DNA of 64,000 bases from Octopus sinensis (GCF_006345805.1 NC_043005.1:41726001-41790000); one strand, 5' to 3'. Shown: positions 1-11,770, counted from the stretch's first letter. The notes: a model not told the origin generated them from the sequence alone. Program-made: numbers and translations.

Positions 1-85
1 CCTCAACCGCCGGAACGAACTTGTCGGTTGGAAATTTTCTTTTGCGTAATTTAGACGACAGTTTCTTCACTGCACCCCCGAATAT

Positions 86-140
<55 letters not shown>

Positions 141-142
<2 letters not shown>

Positions 143-308
143 GACAGGCTTCTTTCAGTCACCGACTACTACCGAATCCACTCGCAAGGATTTGGTCGAC
201 CCGAGGCTATAATAGAAGATACTTCGCCAAGGTGCCATGTAGTAGGGCTGGATCCGGGACCATGTGGTTGGGGAAGCAAGCTTCTTACCACACAGTTACG
301 CCTACACC

Positions 309-310
<2 letters not shown>
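141..310 (-). mobile_element. tRNA-derived SINE family A, 5' half
   Basis: Reverse complement matches the head of the copies at 33491 and 43860; flanked by (TA)n. Confidence 0.85.
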
Positions 311-373
<63 letters not shown>

Positions 374-945
374 GGAGTAATAAAGTATATATATATATAA
401 AGTATATATATAATATATATATTCTCTTCTCCTCCTCCTTTGTTCTTTGTTCCCCTTTTTTCTCTCTTCATCTGTCCCTCTTTTCCACTCTCTCTTCTCC
501 TCACACGTGACTAACCTTGGACTGCTGTCCTTTTCGTGGTCAGCAGCCATCGAGGCTAGACATTTTTTTCTCTCTTTGCCCCAAGGCATTTTTCTAATGC
601 GCCAGCTCAAAGTTCACCCGTCCTGTCGAAAAGACGCCTGTCTGTGACGTCCTGTTTTTGTTATTATTATTATCATTATTGTTTTTACGTAATTTCGTAT
701 TCTCATTCGTGTTATTATTGTTTTTACGTATTTTTGCATTCTTATTCGTTCCCGTCCTTGTTTTGTATACATTCGAGGCTTTCTTCCAAGGAATCTAATG
801 CGCTTGGCTTAGATTTTCCTTTGGGGCTGGAAATTGCGAGGATGATCCGGTTCTTGACTGAAGATTGAAGGCTTCGAATGTCCCGTCCGTGTTTTTTGTA
901 TCGTCTTCTAAATGTTTTGCGTTCTTGTCCCAGTTTGTATTTTTT

Positions 946-993
<48 letters not shown>

Positions 994-3545
994 GCGAGAA
1001 AGAAGCAACAAGAATGGATAGGTTTTTAGTACGATCGTTTCATACAAGGACAGGTTTTATTAAAAGTTGCAAAGATTACAGCATATAAACGAGTCCCGTA
1101 CTCATCAGCTAAAATACATGTAAGTTCTCTAGACATCCTAGTGTTTGAGGCTATACTCATGAAGTAATGTAGATAATTAAACAGATTTCTAAAGTTCATT
1201 AAAGTTCTTTAAAGATGATGTACAGTCTTATCACAGAATTTTAAAAAAGTTTTGATAGCATCACAGAGAAGGTGACCTAATCCATATGAATTTCCATAGA
1301 TATGATGAGGGATTATATACTCACAGAAGACAAATTTATCCATTGTTAATTACAACGAGGTGGGTCTCAATTCCTGCTTATTAGCATTACAGAGAGGGTG
1401 AATTAATCCTTTGTATATATGCACAGATTCCAATGGTGTAGATGTAAATTTCCAGAGAAATGGAGATGAATTTCATATTCACAGGCGATAAATTTTACAA
1501 TGGTTGAACACAATGAGGTAGGTATCAATCCTTGTTATATGATTAGGTGTTTGCCATATTAATCACATTACTGCTATTCACAAGAGGCTGTAGCTATTTA
1601 ACTCTTAAAGGCTGAAGGGCTTACTAGATCGGCCAAGAATAGAGAAGGGAATAGAAGAAAAGAGAGAAAATAATGGAGGAGGGAGCAAAAAGGGGGGGAA
1701 AGGGGGACTAAAAGAAAGAGAAAAGGAAACAGAGAATAAGAAGAAGAAAAAGAAAAAAGAGAAAAGAGAAAGAAATAGGGAAAGAAGGGAAAAAAAGAAA
1801 AGAAAAAAAGAGGGTTCTAGTTATACAGAAGAGCTAGTAGACTGTAAGTCTGGTTTTAATCAACAGGCATCTAGGAACTAGAGGGGAATATTATTCTTTG
1901 ACCAGTAAACCGTTAATTTATTGCTGTTGAAATCAGCTATGAGTTTAAAGAGAATCTAAAGAGATAACACAGTCAGGGGTTAAGGGGTCAGATGCTAAAT
2001 TCACCAAAAAATACATTAGGAAAATCTAAGTATAATCTTATCAAAAAGTCATTAAAAATTTACTTATTTAACTTATTCATTTTATTGTCTTAAGGAGTTG
2101 TCGTTATTATTCATACATTGACTGACTACAGGTCAAATCTTATAAGATCATTTACAAGGTGTTAGGGGATTGTCTATCATAATGAAGACAATCATATTAT
2201 CACCGAGGGAATAGCCTTATTTATTTAATTATGAAATAGAATTATGGGGCTACAGTAACTAATTATAATTTATTAGAGTTATGCTATTTAAATTAGATTA
2301 AGTTAGGAATTAAAATTAAATATTACAATTAAGATTTAAAATTAAGAATTTAAAAATTGTGAGTTTGAAATTAAATAAAGCCTCAATTAAGTAGCGAATA
2401 AGTACTATTCATTTCCCTGTTCTCAAAAAACTGATGCAGATATAAGGAAAAAGATAAAGGTAACTGTAATGTGAGAACTCTTAGTTATCTACTTAAAGCA
2501 GTGCTATACTAGTAGAAATCAAGTTATATCTATCTATCTAGTTATGAATATTCCAATCATTTAAAATATTTTAAAGTCTTCAATTTAGCGTGGACACAAA
2601 CTTGACCTAGTTCGATATGGTTATTCAATAAGTTTCTATGTTTACTATGCTTTAGAATTTCGTACGTCTCCATGGAGCATAGTTGACAACCAACCCTACT
2701 ATTTTTATACGGAATTGCTCTCCTAACTATTTCCCAATTAAGGGTATAATTTTTGTTATTATTTTTGAGTTCCCAGATTTTGTTTGAAAGTGTGGTGGTA
2801 CCAGCTTTATGACGTAATTTAAAGTCGAGATGTGATTTCTAACTCTGGCTAAACAATTAATTGTACAGCCAATGTAAAAATATTTGTTATTCTCCGTGGA
2901 TATGGTACATTTATAGATTACATTATTTTCCCTACATAGACCAGGTGCCGGGCATTTTGATTTTATTCTACACTTACACACAGGAGGAACAACTTCAGGC
3001 CTTGGATTATTCCTGGGTAGATGTTTAAGGTTCCTATTATTTTGATTATCATTTCTATAGTTGGTGCTGATATCTAAAGTATTGTTATTATTTATTGATC
3101 CTTCCGTTTCATCATTTAGGTGTAAAGTCCTACCAAGATTTCTTATATTATTCGTAATGTTATTATTATTGTTAGTCTTTTTATCCAACTGTATATTATT
3201 GTATAGATATCACTGATATTTTCATTCTCCTTATTTTCTCCATTAGCCTTATTTCTATTATTTCTATTATTAACAATATTATTTCTATTAATATCGGCAT
3301 TGTTATTATTACTATTAATGTTAATGTTATTAGTCATTCTGTGGTTACTAATTTCACCTATGTTTTGATAGTTCCTATTGCTGTTTTTATTGTTGGTAGT
3401 ATTATTGTTATTGCTATTGGTATTCATTCTGATATTATTATTTTTATTTCTATCTTTCCTGGCTAGTTTAATGTTGTTATTATTAATTTTAGCTATTAAA
3501 GTGGACATATTTGGGACATATTTATTCAACCCTCCCAACCCTCCC
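994..3545 (-). mobile_element. Penelope-like element 1, 5'-truncated copy (linker, GIY-YIG, long 3' UTR)
   Basis: Minus strand encodes YVPNMSTLIAKIN, an Asn-rich linker, then CKCR..KCPAPGLC..VIY..YIGCT. Frameshifts near 3200 and 2820. 994-3180 is the reverse complement of 3546-5734. Confidence 0.9.
1024..1114 (-). ncRNA. Type I hammerhead ribozyme (mirror copy of 5614-5704)
   Basis: Exact reverse complement of the HHR at 5614-5704. Confidence 0.85.
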
Positions 3546-3547
3546 AA
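2557..3547 (-). pseudogene. Frameshifted PLE ORF C-terminus (GIY-YIG endonuclease)
   Basis: ORF track 3143..3547 and 2727..3188; a 1-bp deletion relative to the right arm breaks the frame after RNHIST. Confidence 0.85.
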
Positions 3548-4170
3548 AGACTAACAATAATAATAACATTACGAATAATATAAGAAATCTTGGTAGGACT
3601 TTACACCTAAATGATGAAACGGAAGGATCAATAAATAATAACAATACTTTAGATATCAGCACCAACTATAGAAATGATAATCAAAATAATAGGAACCTTA
3701 AACATCTACCCAGGAATAATCCAAGGCCTGAAGTTGTTCCTCCTGTGTGTAAGTGTAGAATAAAATCAAAATGCCCGGCACCTGGTCTATGTAGGGAAAA
3801 TAATGTAATCTATAAATGTACCATATCCACGGAGAATAACAAATATTTTTACATTGGCTGTACAATTAATTTTTTAGCCAGAGTTAGAAATCACATCTCG
3901 ACTTTTAAATTACGTCATAAAGCTGGTACCACCACACTTTCAAATAAAATCTGGGAACTCAAAAATAATAACAAAAATTATACCCTTAATTGGGAAATAG
4001 TTAGGAGAGCAATTCCGTATAAAAATAGTAGGGTTGGTTGTCAACTATGCTCCATGGAGACGTACGAAATTCTAAAGCATAGTAAACATAGAAACTTATT
4101 GAATAACCATATCGAACTAGGTCAAGTTTGTGTCCACGCTAAATTGAAGACTTTAAAATATTTTAAATGA
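3511..4170 (+). CDS. PLE GIY-YIG endonuclease domain, open frame; first 12 codons come from the antisense spacer
   Basis: CxC-x4-CP-x2-G-x-C, VIY..YIGCT, RVRNH, LSNKIWELK, CQLC, LLNNHIE..CVH motifs. Confidence 0.75.
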   Translation: MGHIYSTLPTLPKTNNNNNITNNIRNLGRTLHLNDETEGSINNNNTLDISTNYRNDNQNNRNLKHLPRNNPRPEVVPPVCKCRIKSKCPAPGLCRENNVIYKCTISTENNKYFYIGCTINFLARVRNHISTFKLRHKAGTTTLSNKIWELKNNNKNYTLNWEIVRRAIPYKNSRVGCQLCSMETYEILKHSKHRNLLNNHIELGQVCVHAKLKTLKYFK

Positions 4171-5734
4171 TTGGAATATTCATAACTAGATAGATAGATA
4201 TAACTTGATTTCTACTAGTATAGCACTGCTTTAAGTAGATAACTAAGAGTTCTCACATTACAGTTACCTTTATCTTTTTCCTTATATCTGCATCAGTTTT
4301 TTGAGAACAGGGAAATGAATAGTACTTATTCGCTACTTAATTGAGGCTTTATTTAATTTCAAACTCACAATTTTTAAATTCTTAATTTTAAATCTTAATT
4401 GTAATATTTAATTTTAATTCCTAACTTAATCTAATTTAAATAGCATAACTCTAATAAATTATAATTAGTTACTGTAGCCCCATAATTCTATTTCATAATT
4501 AAATAAATAAGGCTATTCCCTCGGTGATAATATGATTGTCTTCATTATGATAGACAATCCCCTAACACCTTGTAAATGATCTTATAAGATTTGACCTGTA
4601 GTCAGTCAATGTATGAATAATAACGACAACTCCTTAAGACAATAAAATGAATAAGTTAAATAAGTAAATTTTTAATGACTTTTTGATAAGATTATACTTA
4701 GATTTTCCTAATGTATTTTTTGGTGAATTTAGCATCTGACCCCTTAACCCCTGACTGTGTTATCTCTTTAGATTCTCTTAAACTCATAGCTGATTTCAAC
4801 AGCAATAAATTAACGGTTTACTGGTCAAAGAATAATATTCCCCTCTAGTTCCTAGATGCCTGTTGATTAAAACCAGACTTACAGTCTACTAGCTCTTCTG
4901 TATAACTAGAACCCTCTTTTTTTCTTTTTCTTTTTTTCCCTTCTTTCCCTATTTCTTTCTCTTTTCTCTTTTTTCTTTTTCTTCTTCTTATTCTCTGTTT
5001 CCTTTTCTCTTCTCTTTTAGTCCCCCTTTCCCCCCCTTTTTGCTCCCTCCTCCATTATTTTCTCTCTTTTCTTCTATTCCCTTCTCTATTCTTGGCCGAT
5101 CTAGTAAGCCCTTCAGCCTTTAAGAGTTAAATAGCTACAGCCTCTTGTGAATAGCAGTAATGTGATTAATATGGCAAACACCTAATCATATAACAAGGAT
5201 TGATACCTACCTCATTGTGTTCAACCATTGTAAAATTTATCGCCTGTGAATATGAAATTCATCTCCATTTCTCTGGAAATTTACATCTACACCATTGGAA
5301 TCTGTGCATATATACAAAGGATTAATTCACCCTCTCTGTAATGCTAATAAGCAGGAATTGAGACCCACCTCGTTGTAATTAACAATGGATAAATTTGTCT
5401 TCTGTGAGTATATAATCCCTCATCATATCTATGGAAATTCATATGGATTAGGTCACCTTCTCTGTGATGCTATCAAAACTTTTTTAAAATTCTGTGATAA
5501 GACTGTACATCATCTTTAAAGAACTTTAATGAACTTTAGAAATCTGTTTAATTATCTACATTACTTCATGAGTATAGCCTCAAACACTAGGATGTCTAGA
5601 GAACTTACATGTATTTTAGCTGATGAGTACGGGACTCGTTTATATGCTGTAATCTTTGCAACTTTTAATAAAACCTGTCCTTGTATGAAACGATCGTACT
5701 AAAAACCTATCCATTCTTGTTGCTTCTTTCTCGC
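3546..5734 (+). mobile_element. Penelope-like element 1, inverted duplicate of the 3' part (pseudo-LTR-like arm)
   Basis: About 2.19 kb inverted copy. I noticed one substitution and two 1-bp indels by eye; not exhaustively aligned. Confidence 0.9.
5614..5704 (+). ncRNA. Type I hammerhead ribozyme at the PLE 3' end
   Basis: Stem I TTTTAG(5614-19)/CTAAAA(5699-5704); CTGATGA 5620-26; stem II GTACGGGAC/GTCCTTGTAT; GAAA 5687-90; C-GATC-G; GTA cleavage triplet 5696-98. Confidence 0.88.
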
Positions 5735-6207
5735 TTATAATCACTCCACATTACTGTATTGTTAAATCAGTATAGTTTTTTTTTTTGGTGCATCTAAGTT
5801 AGGTACCATATTCAAGTAAATTTTTTTAAATTAACTTGAATCTTTATTGCTCTTTGTATATATATATATATATATATATTCGTTTATGTATTATACACAT
5901 ACGCACAACACATACATGTTTATGTATTTGTTTTGCAAGATTCTTGATGTGAAATCGTGTATTGAAACAGATATTGTTATATTTCGGGATGGTCATTTTT
6001 GCTTTGCCAAATAAATATATGCACGATATATTCGTTCATCACTTGAAATTTATTTTATCATTGTTCTTATTTTATATTCCATCTCTGGAAATCTTTCGTA
6101 ACACAACCAGTGACCTCTTCAGTGACTTTCCATTCCACGTGTCTCCTCCTTTCCTCCTGACATACATACCTACATACATACATACACATATATGTAAAAG
6201 AAAAAGC

Positions 6208-6238
<31 letters not shown>

Positions 6239-6260
6239 CACACACACACACACACACACA

Positions 6261-6500
6261 CTCGTATTTATATGCTTTCTTTCCATTTCTTTTTCTCTCC
6301 TCGTCTATTCTTTTCTGTAGAAGATCGTAAGTTCGAAGTGCAAAATACACACACACACACGCACACACACACACCACTCGTATTTATATGCTTTTCTTGT
6401 ATCTTTCCATTTCTTTTTCTCTCCTCGTCTATTCTTTTCTGTAGAAGATCGTAAGTTCGAAGTGCAAAATACACACACACACACGCACGCACACACACAC
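6261..6500 (+). repeat. Tandem duplication, about 120-bp unit bounded by (CA)n
   Basis: CTCGTATTTATATGCTTT..AAGATCGTAAGTTCGAAGTGCAAAATAC occurs at 6261 and 6377. Confidence 0.9.
6321..6326 (+). other. Candidate 6-nt microexon, copy 1 (copy 2 at 6445-6450)
   Basis: Long polypyrimidine tract, then TGTAG|AAGATC|GTAAGT. Confidence 0.35.
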
Positions 6501-7076
6501 ACAGAGTGAAACATTCACATCGACACACATACATACTTGGAAAACTATTTGCACACAAATACGATCATTATATCATGAGTGTGTATGAGTCAAGATTACT
6601 GATTTTCATGTAATAGAATTACAAACGGTCGTTTTACACATTTTAAATTATTTTCCCCATATTTATATTGAATCATGTTGGAACACGTTATTGCGATGCT
6701 ATAAGTAATATAGAATTAGACTATTATTTTATATTTCACCTTATTTGAATTTAATCCCACTTTAGAAGTAGGCGATTTTAGCAACAGAAACCGTTTAGAT
6801 ATTCCTTCATTTAGTGCCATCTGAGCTATTGGTTAGATAAAAAATAAAGACAAATTAATATTGAGTCCTAATTAACACACTAAGTTACAAAAACCTTACA
6901 TAAATATTTCCCACAAAATTTTGTGTATCAAAATATTTGACAAAATGTAATATACGAAACAACGACAGCCAAATTTAAGAATTTAATTTGTTATGGCATA
7001 ATCTAAAATATTCTTAGAATTAATTTGACAGTTATTGAATTATCGTGTTCATGTGAAATTTATAGGCATATTCGTG

Positions 7077-7456
7077 GCACTCCGTCGGTTACGATGACGA
7101 GGGTTCCAGTTGAACCGATCAATGGAATAGCTTGCTCGTGAAATTAATGTGCAAGTGACTTAGCACTCCACAGACACGTGCACCCATAACGTAATTCTTG
7201 GGGAGATTCAGTGTGACACAGAGTGTGACAAGGCTGGCCCTTTGAAATAGAGGTGCAGCAGAAATATGAAAGAGTGAGAGGAAGTTGTGCTGAAATAATA
7301 CAGCAGGGTTCGCCACTACCACCCTGCTGGAGCCACGTGGAGATTTAGGTAGTATTTACGCTCAATAAACACTCACAACGCTCGGTCTGGAAATCGAAAC
7401 CGTAATCCTATGGCCACGAGTTTGCTGCCCAAACCACTGGGCCATTGCACCTCCAC
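7077..7456 (-). mobile_element. tRNA-derived SINE family C
   Basis: Minus-strand head TGGAGGTGCAATGGCCCAGTGGTT..GGTTTCGATTTCC (A/B boxes); tail ..ACCGACGGAGT shared with the copy at 13567. Confidence 0.8.
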
Positions 7457-7919
7457 ATAGGCATATATATTTCTTTTAAGTCAAAAGTTTGCTACTTTTA
7501 GACAATTTTTGCTTTATTGAAAATATCTTATTCGTATAGGATCATGTCACTCACCACCACACGAAAATAAAATATATAATCTAACCTTAGTAACTATGGG
7601 TGGAACATAAATGAAAAGCATCCTGGGGTTAATTTGGAACAATAATCGCCGTGATAATCGCAATGATAGGAAGAGCCAACATCGAAGGATAAAAAACGTC
7701 TCTACAAATGCTTGGCCATCACAAGTCAATTATTCCTGCGATAATGTTTTGAACACAGTTATCCCTGTGGTGACCTTTCGTCAAAGGTCTATAAAATCTG
7801 CAACAAATACAGAAAATAACTATAAAAGCATTTTATAGGATGTTTCGCATATCTGAAATTTCAAAGAACTTACAATGGGTATCGACGCTAACAAAACATA
7901 TGATATTAATTTCAAGTTT

Positions 7920-8250
7920 TGGCACAAGGCCGACAAGTTCGGGGAGTGGTTAAGTCGATTACATCGATCCCAGTATTCAACAGGTACCCATTCAATCGAC
8001 TCCAAAGGGATGAAAAGCTAAGCCGACCTTAGTAGAATTGGAACTCAGAACGTAAAGACAAACGAAATGGTGCTAAGCATTTTGTCCGGCATGCTTACTA
8101 TTCTGCCAGCTCACCGCCTCAACAAAGCATGTAATATTGGTTTCTAATACAGGCACGAGTCTAAAAATCAAATCGATCCAGTATCTTACTGATACTTCAA
8201 TTTATCGACTCCAAAGGAATGAAAAACTGTTAACCTCAGCAAGATTTGAA
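7920..8250 (-). mobile_element. SINE family B copies (tRNA head plus Nin/Deu-like core)
   Basis: GTCGAC..GAATTTGAACTCAGAACGT and CTGCCAGCTCACCGCC motifs recur throughout the window. The Nin/Deu label is from recall. Confidence 0.75.
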
Positions 8251-9361
8251 CTGAGAACCCTAAAAATCCGAAATCAAAACCGCAAACTACCTTTCGATGA
8301 ACTTCACCTAGATATCGACCAAACTTATGCAATGAGCTTCGCTGTTAAAAGCAGATTCATACAGTGAAAAACAAAAGAGATAAAAGGAAGTACAACGCAA
8401 ATTGCAAAGAAAGAAATTCCTAAAATATTATTTGTCCTTCTTTCCTTTAAGTGATTCTTGTTAAGGATTTAATTTTGCCTAATAATTTTTGGCTCTTTGC
8501 ATTATGTATGCTCTTGCCTACTTAACTGATTTTTTTGATTTAGTATGTGACCTTAAGTATTTTAACTTTGCCTTTTTTAAAAAACAATATACCACTCCTG
8601 TTGTCTAAGATCTCCATTAACCGTTAAACTTGTATGGTTCTTTGATGAGTTGTTGCCTTGCAGCCACACACCAGGTTCACTTTGCTGTACATTCTATTTT
8701 CACTGAATGATAAAAATTAATTTATTTTCCGAGATATTATTTTCCTTCCTACGTTACTGTATTACTTTGAAACAAGGTAAAATTTATGTAAAAAATTCAT
8801 TCAAGTATTTTGGAAGATCCTGAAATAATTATTGAAATGTATAAATATAACTGTTTCGATTAGCACGATATAAAGAGCAAATAAAACCGAAATAACAATG
8901 GTTTGCTTATATCTTTTTCTATGCATTTGAACAAAAAAAGTATTATTGTTGCATTTCGTAAGAGTCTTAGCCATATTGTAACAGATATATTTCAAAATCC
9001 ACTGCTTTATTCCATACTTGTGAAGTATATTAAAAAAGAGAGTATATTTAATAAATATTTAATAAGTCGGCTTTAAGTTAACACGAATGTTTTCACTACT
9101 TTAAAAGGAAAATATTCATGAAGTTTAGATAACGAGAAAAATATTGTAAATATGTCATTTCCCTGTGTGTCGATCATAGGTCCTCTCGCTCATTGCTAAC
9201 CTTAAGTTAAGAGCACCAACAACAAAATTTGTTTGATGTAGATATATGAAACTGTGAGTGCTGGAGAGAAAATCCAGTCATATTTTATGATAAAACCTGC
9301 GTTAAATCAATACTTAAACAGTCTTTGATTATCCTGATACGTAATCTTTTTTCTGTCTCAG

Positions 9362-9450
9362 GCTAGGATTACGCTATCTTTTCATAACAGAAAGAGGGAA
9401 ACTAATCTCGGAGAGGGAAACTGCTCGCCATTTTACAGAAATATTAGCAA
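9362..9450 (+). CDS. Candidate internal exon of an unidentified host gene (LGLRYLFITERGKLISERETARHFTEILA)
   Basis: TCTTTTTTCTGTCTCAG acceptor, GTATGA donor, open frame phase 2 to phase 1. An alternative acceptor at 9390 is possible. Confidence 0.45.
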
Positions 9451-10217
9451 GTATGACACTTAAATTAATTCAAAGGGATCGAACAGAGAGCGAAACTAGT
9501 TTGCATATTGCATTATTATCTAATAATCTCCACACATTCTACTAAGTCCATACGACAAAATTCACGTACACGCGCACACACACGTACAATGTCATGTGTG
9601 TGTGTGTGTGTGTGCGTGTGTGTATGTGCGTGCGCGCGCGAGCGTGCGTTTGAGTGATTGTGTGTTTGTGTATTATGTAAAATAAGTTACAAGCATTTAA
9701 AGGCCTTGGTTTAAATGAGGAGTGAAATACCTTCTACTAAATATTTATTCGTGTGCAGGTTACAGTTGATTTCATGTAAGAAGTAGAACATTAAAGAGCA
9801 TGTGGTTATCTTAATTAATCATTCCCCTTTGAGTTACGAATGAATTATTCAAGATGGTCACTTGATGAAATGTCATGAGATGAGAATGTGGAAAAACGCA
9901 TTGGACTGTGAATCACTGGATGCCAAATATACGAATCCCATATATACCATTCGCAGTCCGAAAAGAAAAATTCGTTCTTATATTAGAAAAGAAAACGGAA
10001 AGCTTGCTCATGTGTGTAAAGATTGGTCTTTTCAAAAGAAAAATGGTAAAATATGAGACGGAATAAGTTTATTTCAAAGAAATGGGAAATATTGATTAGT
10101 CAGTATTTCAGCTGGTGTTCATCTTCAGAATATGGGTGAGTTAAAGACAAGGAGAAGCCGGAAAAGAAATGTAAGGAAGACGAAAATGACCATGTGAAGC
10201 TTGTCTCCATGTACTAG

Positions 10218-10295
<78 letters not shown>

Positions 10296-10319
10296 GAGAG
10301 AGAGTGTGTGTAAGCAAGA

Positions 10320-11008
10320 GAGGAAAGATACTAAGATCCTTCAAGACAAGAGACCAAGGAGTTATGTTGACTCTGTGGAGGGACTTTGTTCTCAGCCACC
10401 TGGACTACTGCTCTCATGCTCCTAGCTATGGTCACCACATAGTGCCAAACTAACAGTAGAGCTTGAAGAGGTCCAATCCCACTACACTAAAAAGATTGTA
10501 ACATTGCAGCAGATGAGCTGCAGGGAGAGGCTGATACACTAGAATAATATACATAAGGAAAATTCTGATAGGGCTAGTACCTAATTTCGGCATTTAGTGT
10601 TATACAAATGCCAGACCTATCCACTCCATCTAAATTCAGGACCAGATACTTAGGATTCGAAGGTCCACAGCTCACCTATACTCTGCCACAAATATTTAAA
10701 AAAAACCTACACAATGTGGACGTAGATGTCATTAAAATGAAGTAGACATTCTCCTCTCGTCAATACCGAATGAACCGACGGTCTGGCATGAGATACAGAC
10801 GAGGGTTGTGACATCAAACTCTGCATGCACCAAATGGACCAACAGCCGGGAAAGAGGCATATACAAGAGCGGTGATGTGAAACATCACTACACTGATGAA
10901 ATCAGCCGAAGGAGAATCATAAGTAATGTAGCTAAATCACGGTGGTACTCCAGCAGGACCGATGCCGAATGCCTGAATAAAGAGGACTGAAACGTATAAA
11001 AGAATAAA
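10320..11008 (+). mobile_element. CR1-type LINE 3' end, degenerate
   Basis: Broken translation FVLSHLDYCS..ELE.VQ..YTKKI..ERL..GFEGPQL..IP.EP..SNS typical of the CR1 ORF2 C-terminus. Confidence 0.75.
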
Positions 11009-11024
11009 CGTATTTGTATATATA

Positions 11025-11269
11025 TATTACATTATTTACATTTGACGGATATTTGTCCTCATCTTCTTTGTTGTTAACACAGCGTTTCGGCTGATATACC
11101 CCCCCCCCCAGCCTTCATCAGGTGGATCATGGGAAATTTTGAATCTGGGTTCTCATTCCTAAGGTATTTTTCGATGCTATTATTATTATTATTATAATTA
11201 TTATTATTCAGGTCACTGCTTGGAATCGAACTCGGAATCTTGTGGTTAGTAGCCCGCGCTCTTAACCAC
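11025..11269 (-). mobile_element. tRNA-headed SINE carrying a hammerhead motif
   Basis: Head GTGGTTAAGAGCGCGGGCTACTAACC..GAGTTCGATTCC, an (AAT)n spacer, then an HHR-like body and AATGTAAAT tail. Confidence 0.75.
11078..11124 (-). ncRNA. Minimal type I HHR motif, one core substitution
   Basis: CAC CTGATGA A GGCTG..CAGCC GAAA CG CT GTG; U16.1 appears as C. Confidence 0.6.
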
Positions 11270-11400
11270 ACTTCAGATTAAAGAAAAAGATTATTTTTTA
11301 ATTATAATAACTACACATTGTAAGGCAGCCAGCTGACAGAAATGTTGAGGGCAAATGTTTAACAGTATTTCGTCCTTCTTCGCGTTCTGTGTTCAGAGAC

Positions 11401-11770
11401 CTATTTCTTTACCACCCACAAGGGGCTAAACACAGAGAGGACAAACAAGGATAGACAAACGGATTAAGTCGATTATATCTACCCCAGTGCATAACTGGTA
11501 TTTATTTAATCGACCCCGAAAGGATGAAAGGCAAAGTCGACCTCGGCAGAATTTGAACTCAGAACGTAGCGGTAGGCGAAATACGCTAAACATTTTGCCC
11601 AGCGTGCTAACGTTTCTGCCAGCTCGCCGCCTTCTGTGTTCAGATACCACCGAGGTTGATTTTGCCTTTCATCTTTCAGGCTCTCTACAGTAAGTACCAG
11701 TTGAACATTGGGGTCAATCTAATCGACTTAACCACTCTTCCGAAAGTGTTGGCCTTGCACCAAAATTTGA
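11401..11770. mobile_element. SINE family B cluster (minus copy plus partial plus copy)
   Basis: Same motifs as at 7920 and 59252. Confidence 0.8.

Noticed and set aside
855-890. CTGAAGA..TTCGAATGTC HHR-like motif
   Set aside because: No GAAA and no helix I pairing.
994-5734. Palindrome as a pure assembly artefact
   Set aside because: The arms differ at a few positions, the spacer is asymmetric and coding-contiguous with one arm, and the same layout recurs at 62334 with diverged arms. Not fully excluded without reads.
8616-8703. Minus-strand exon candidate after TTTTTATCATTCAG
   Set aside because: The only usable frame stops after about 25 codons, with no donor and no recognisable homology.
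9362-9450. Assigning the exon to a PIM-like kinase (FITERG) or a CLC channel (LGLR)
   Set aside because: Only short word matches; spacing to the next conserved residues does not fit either family, so no gene symbol is given.
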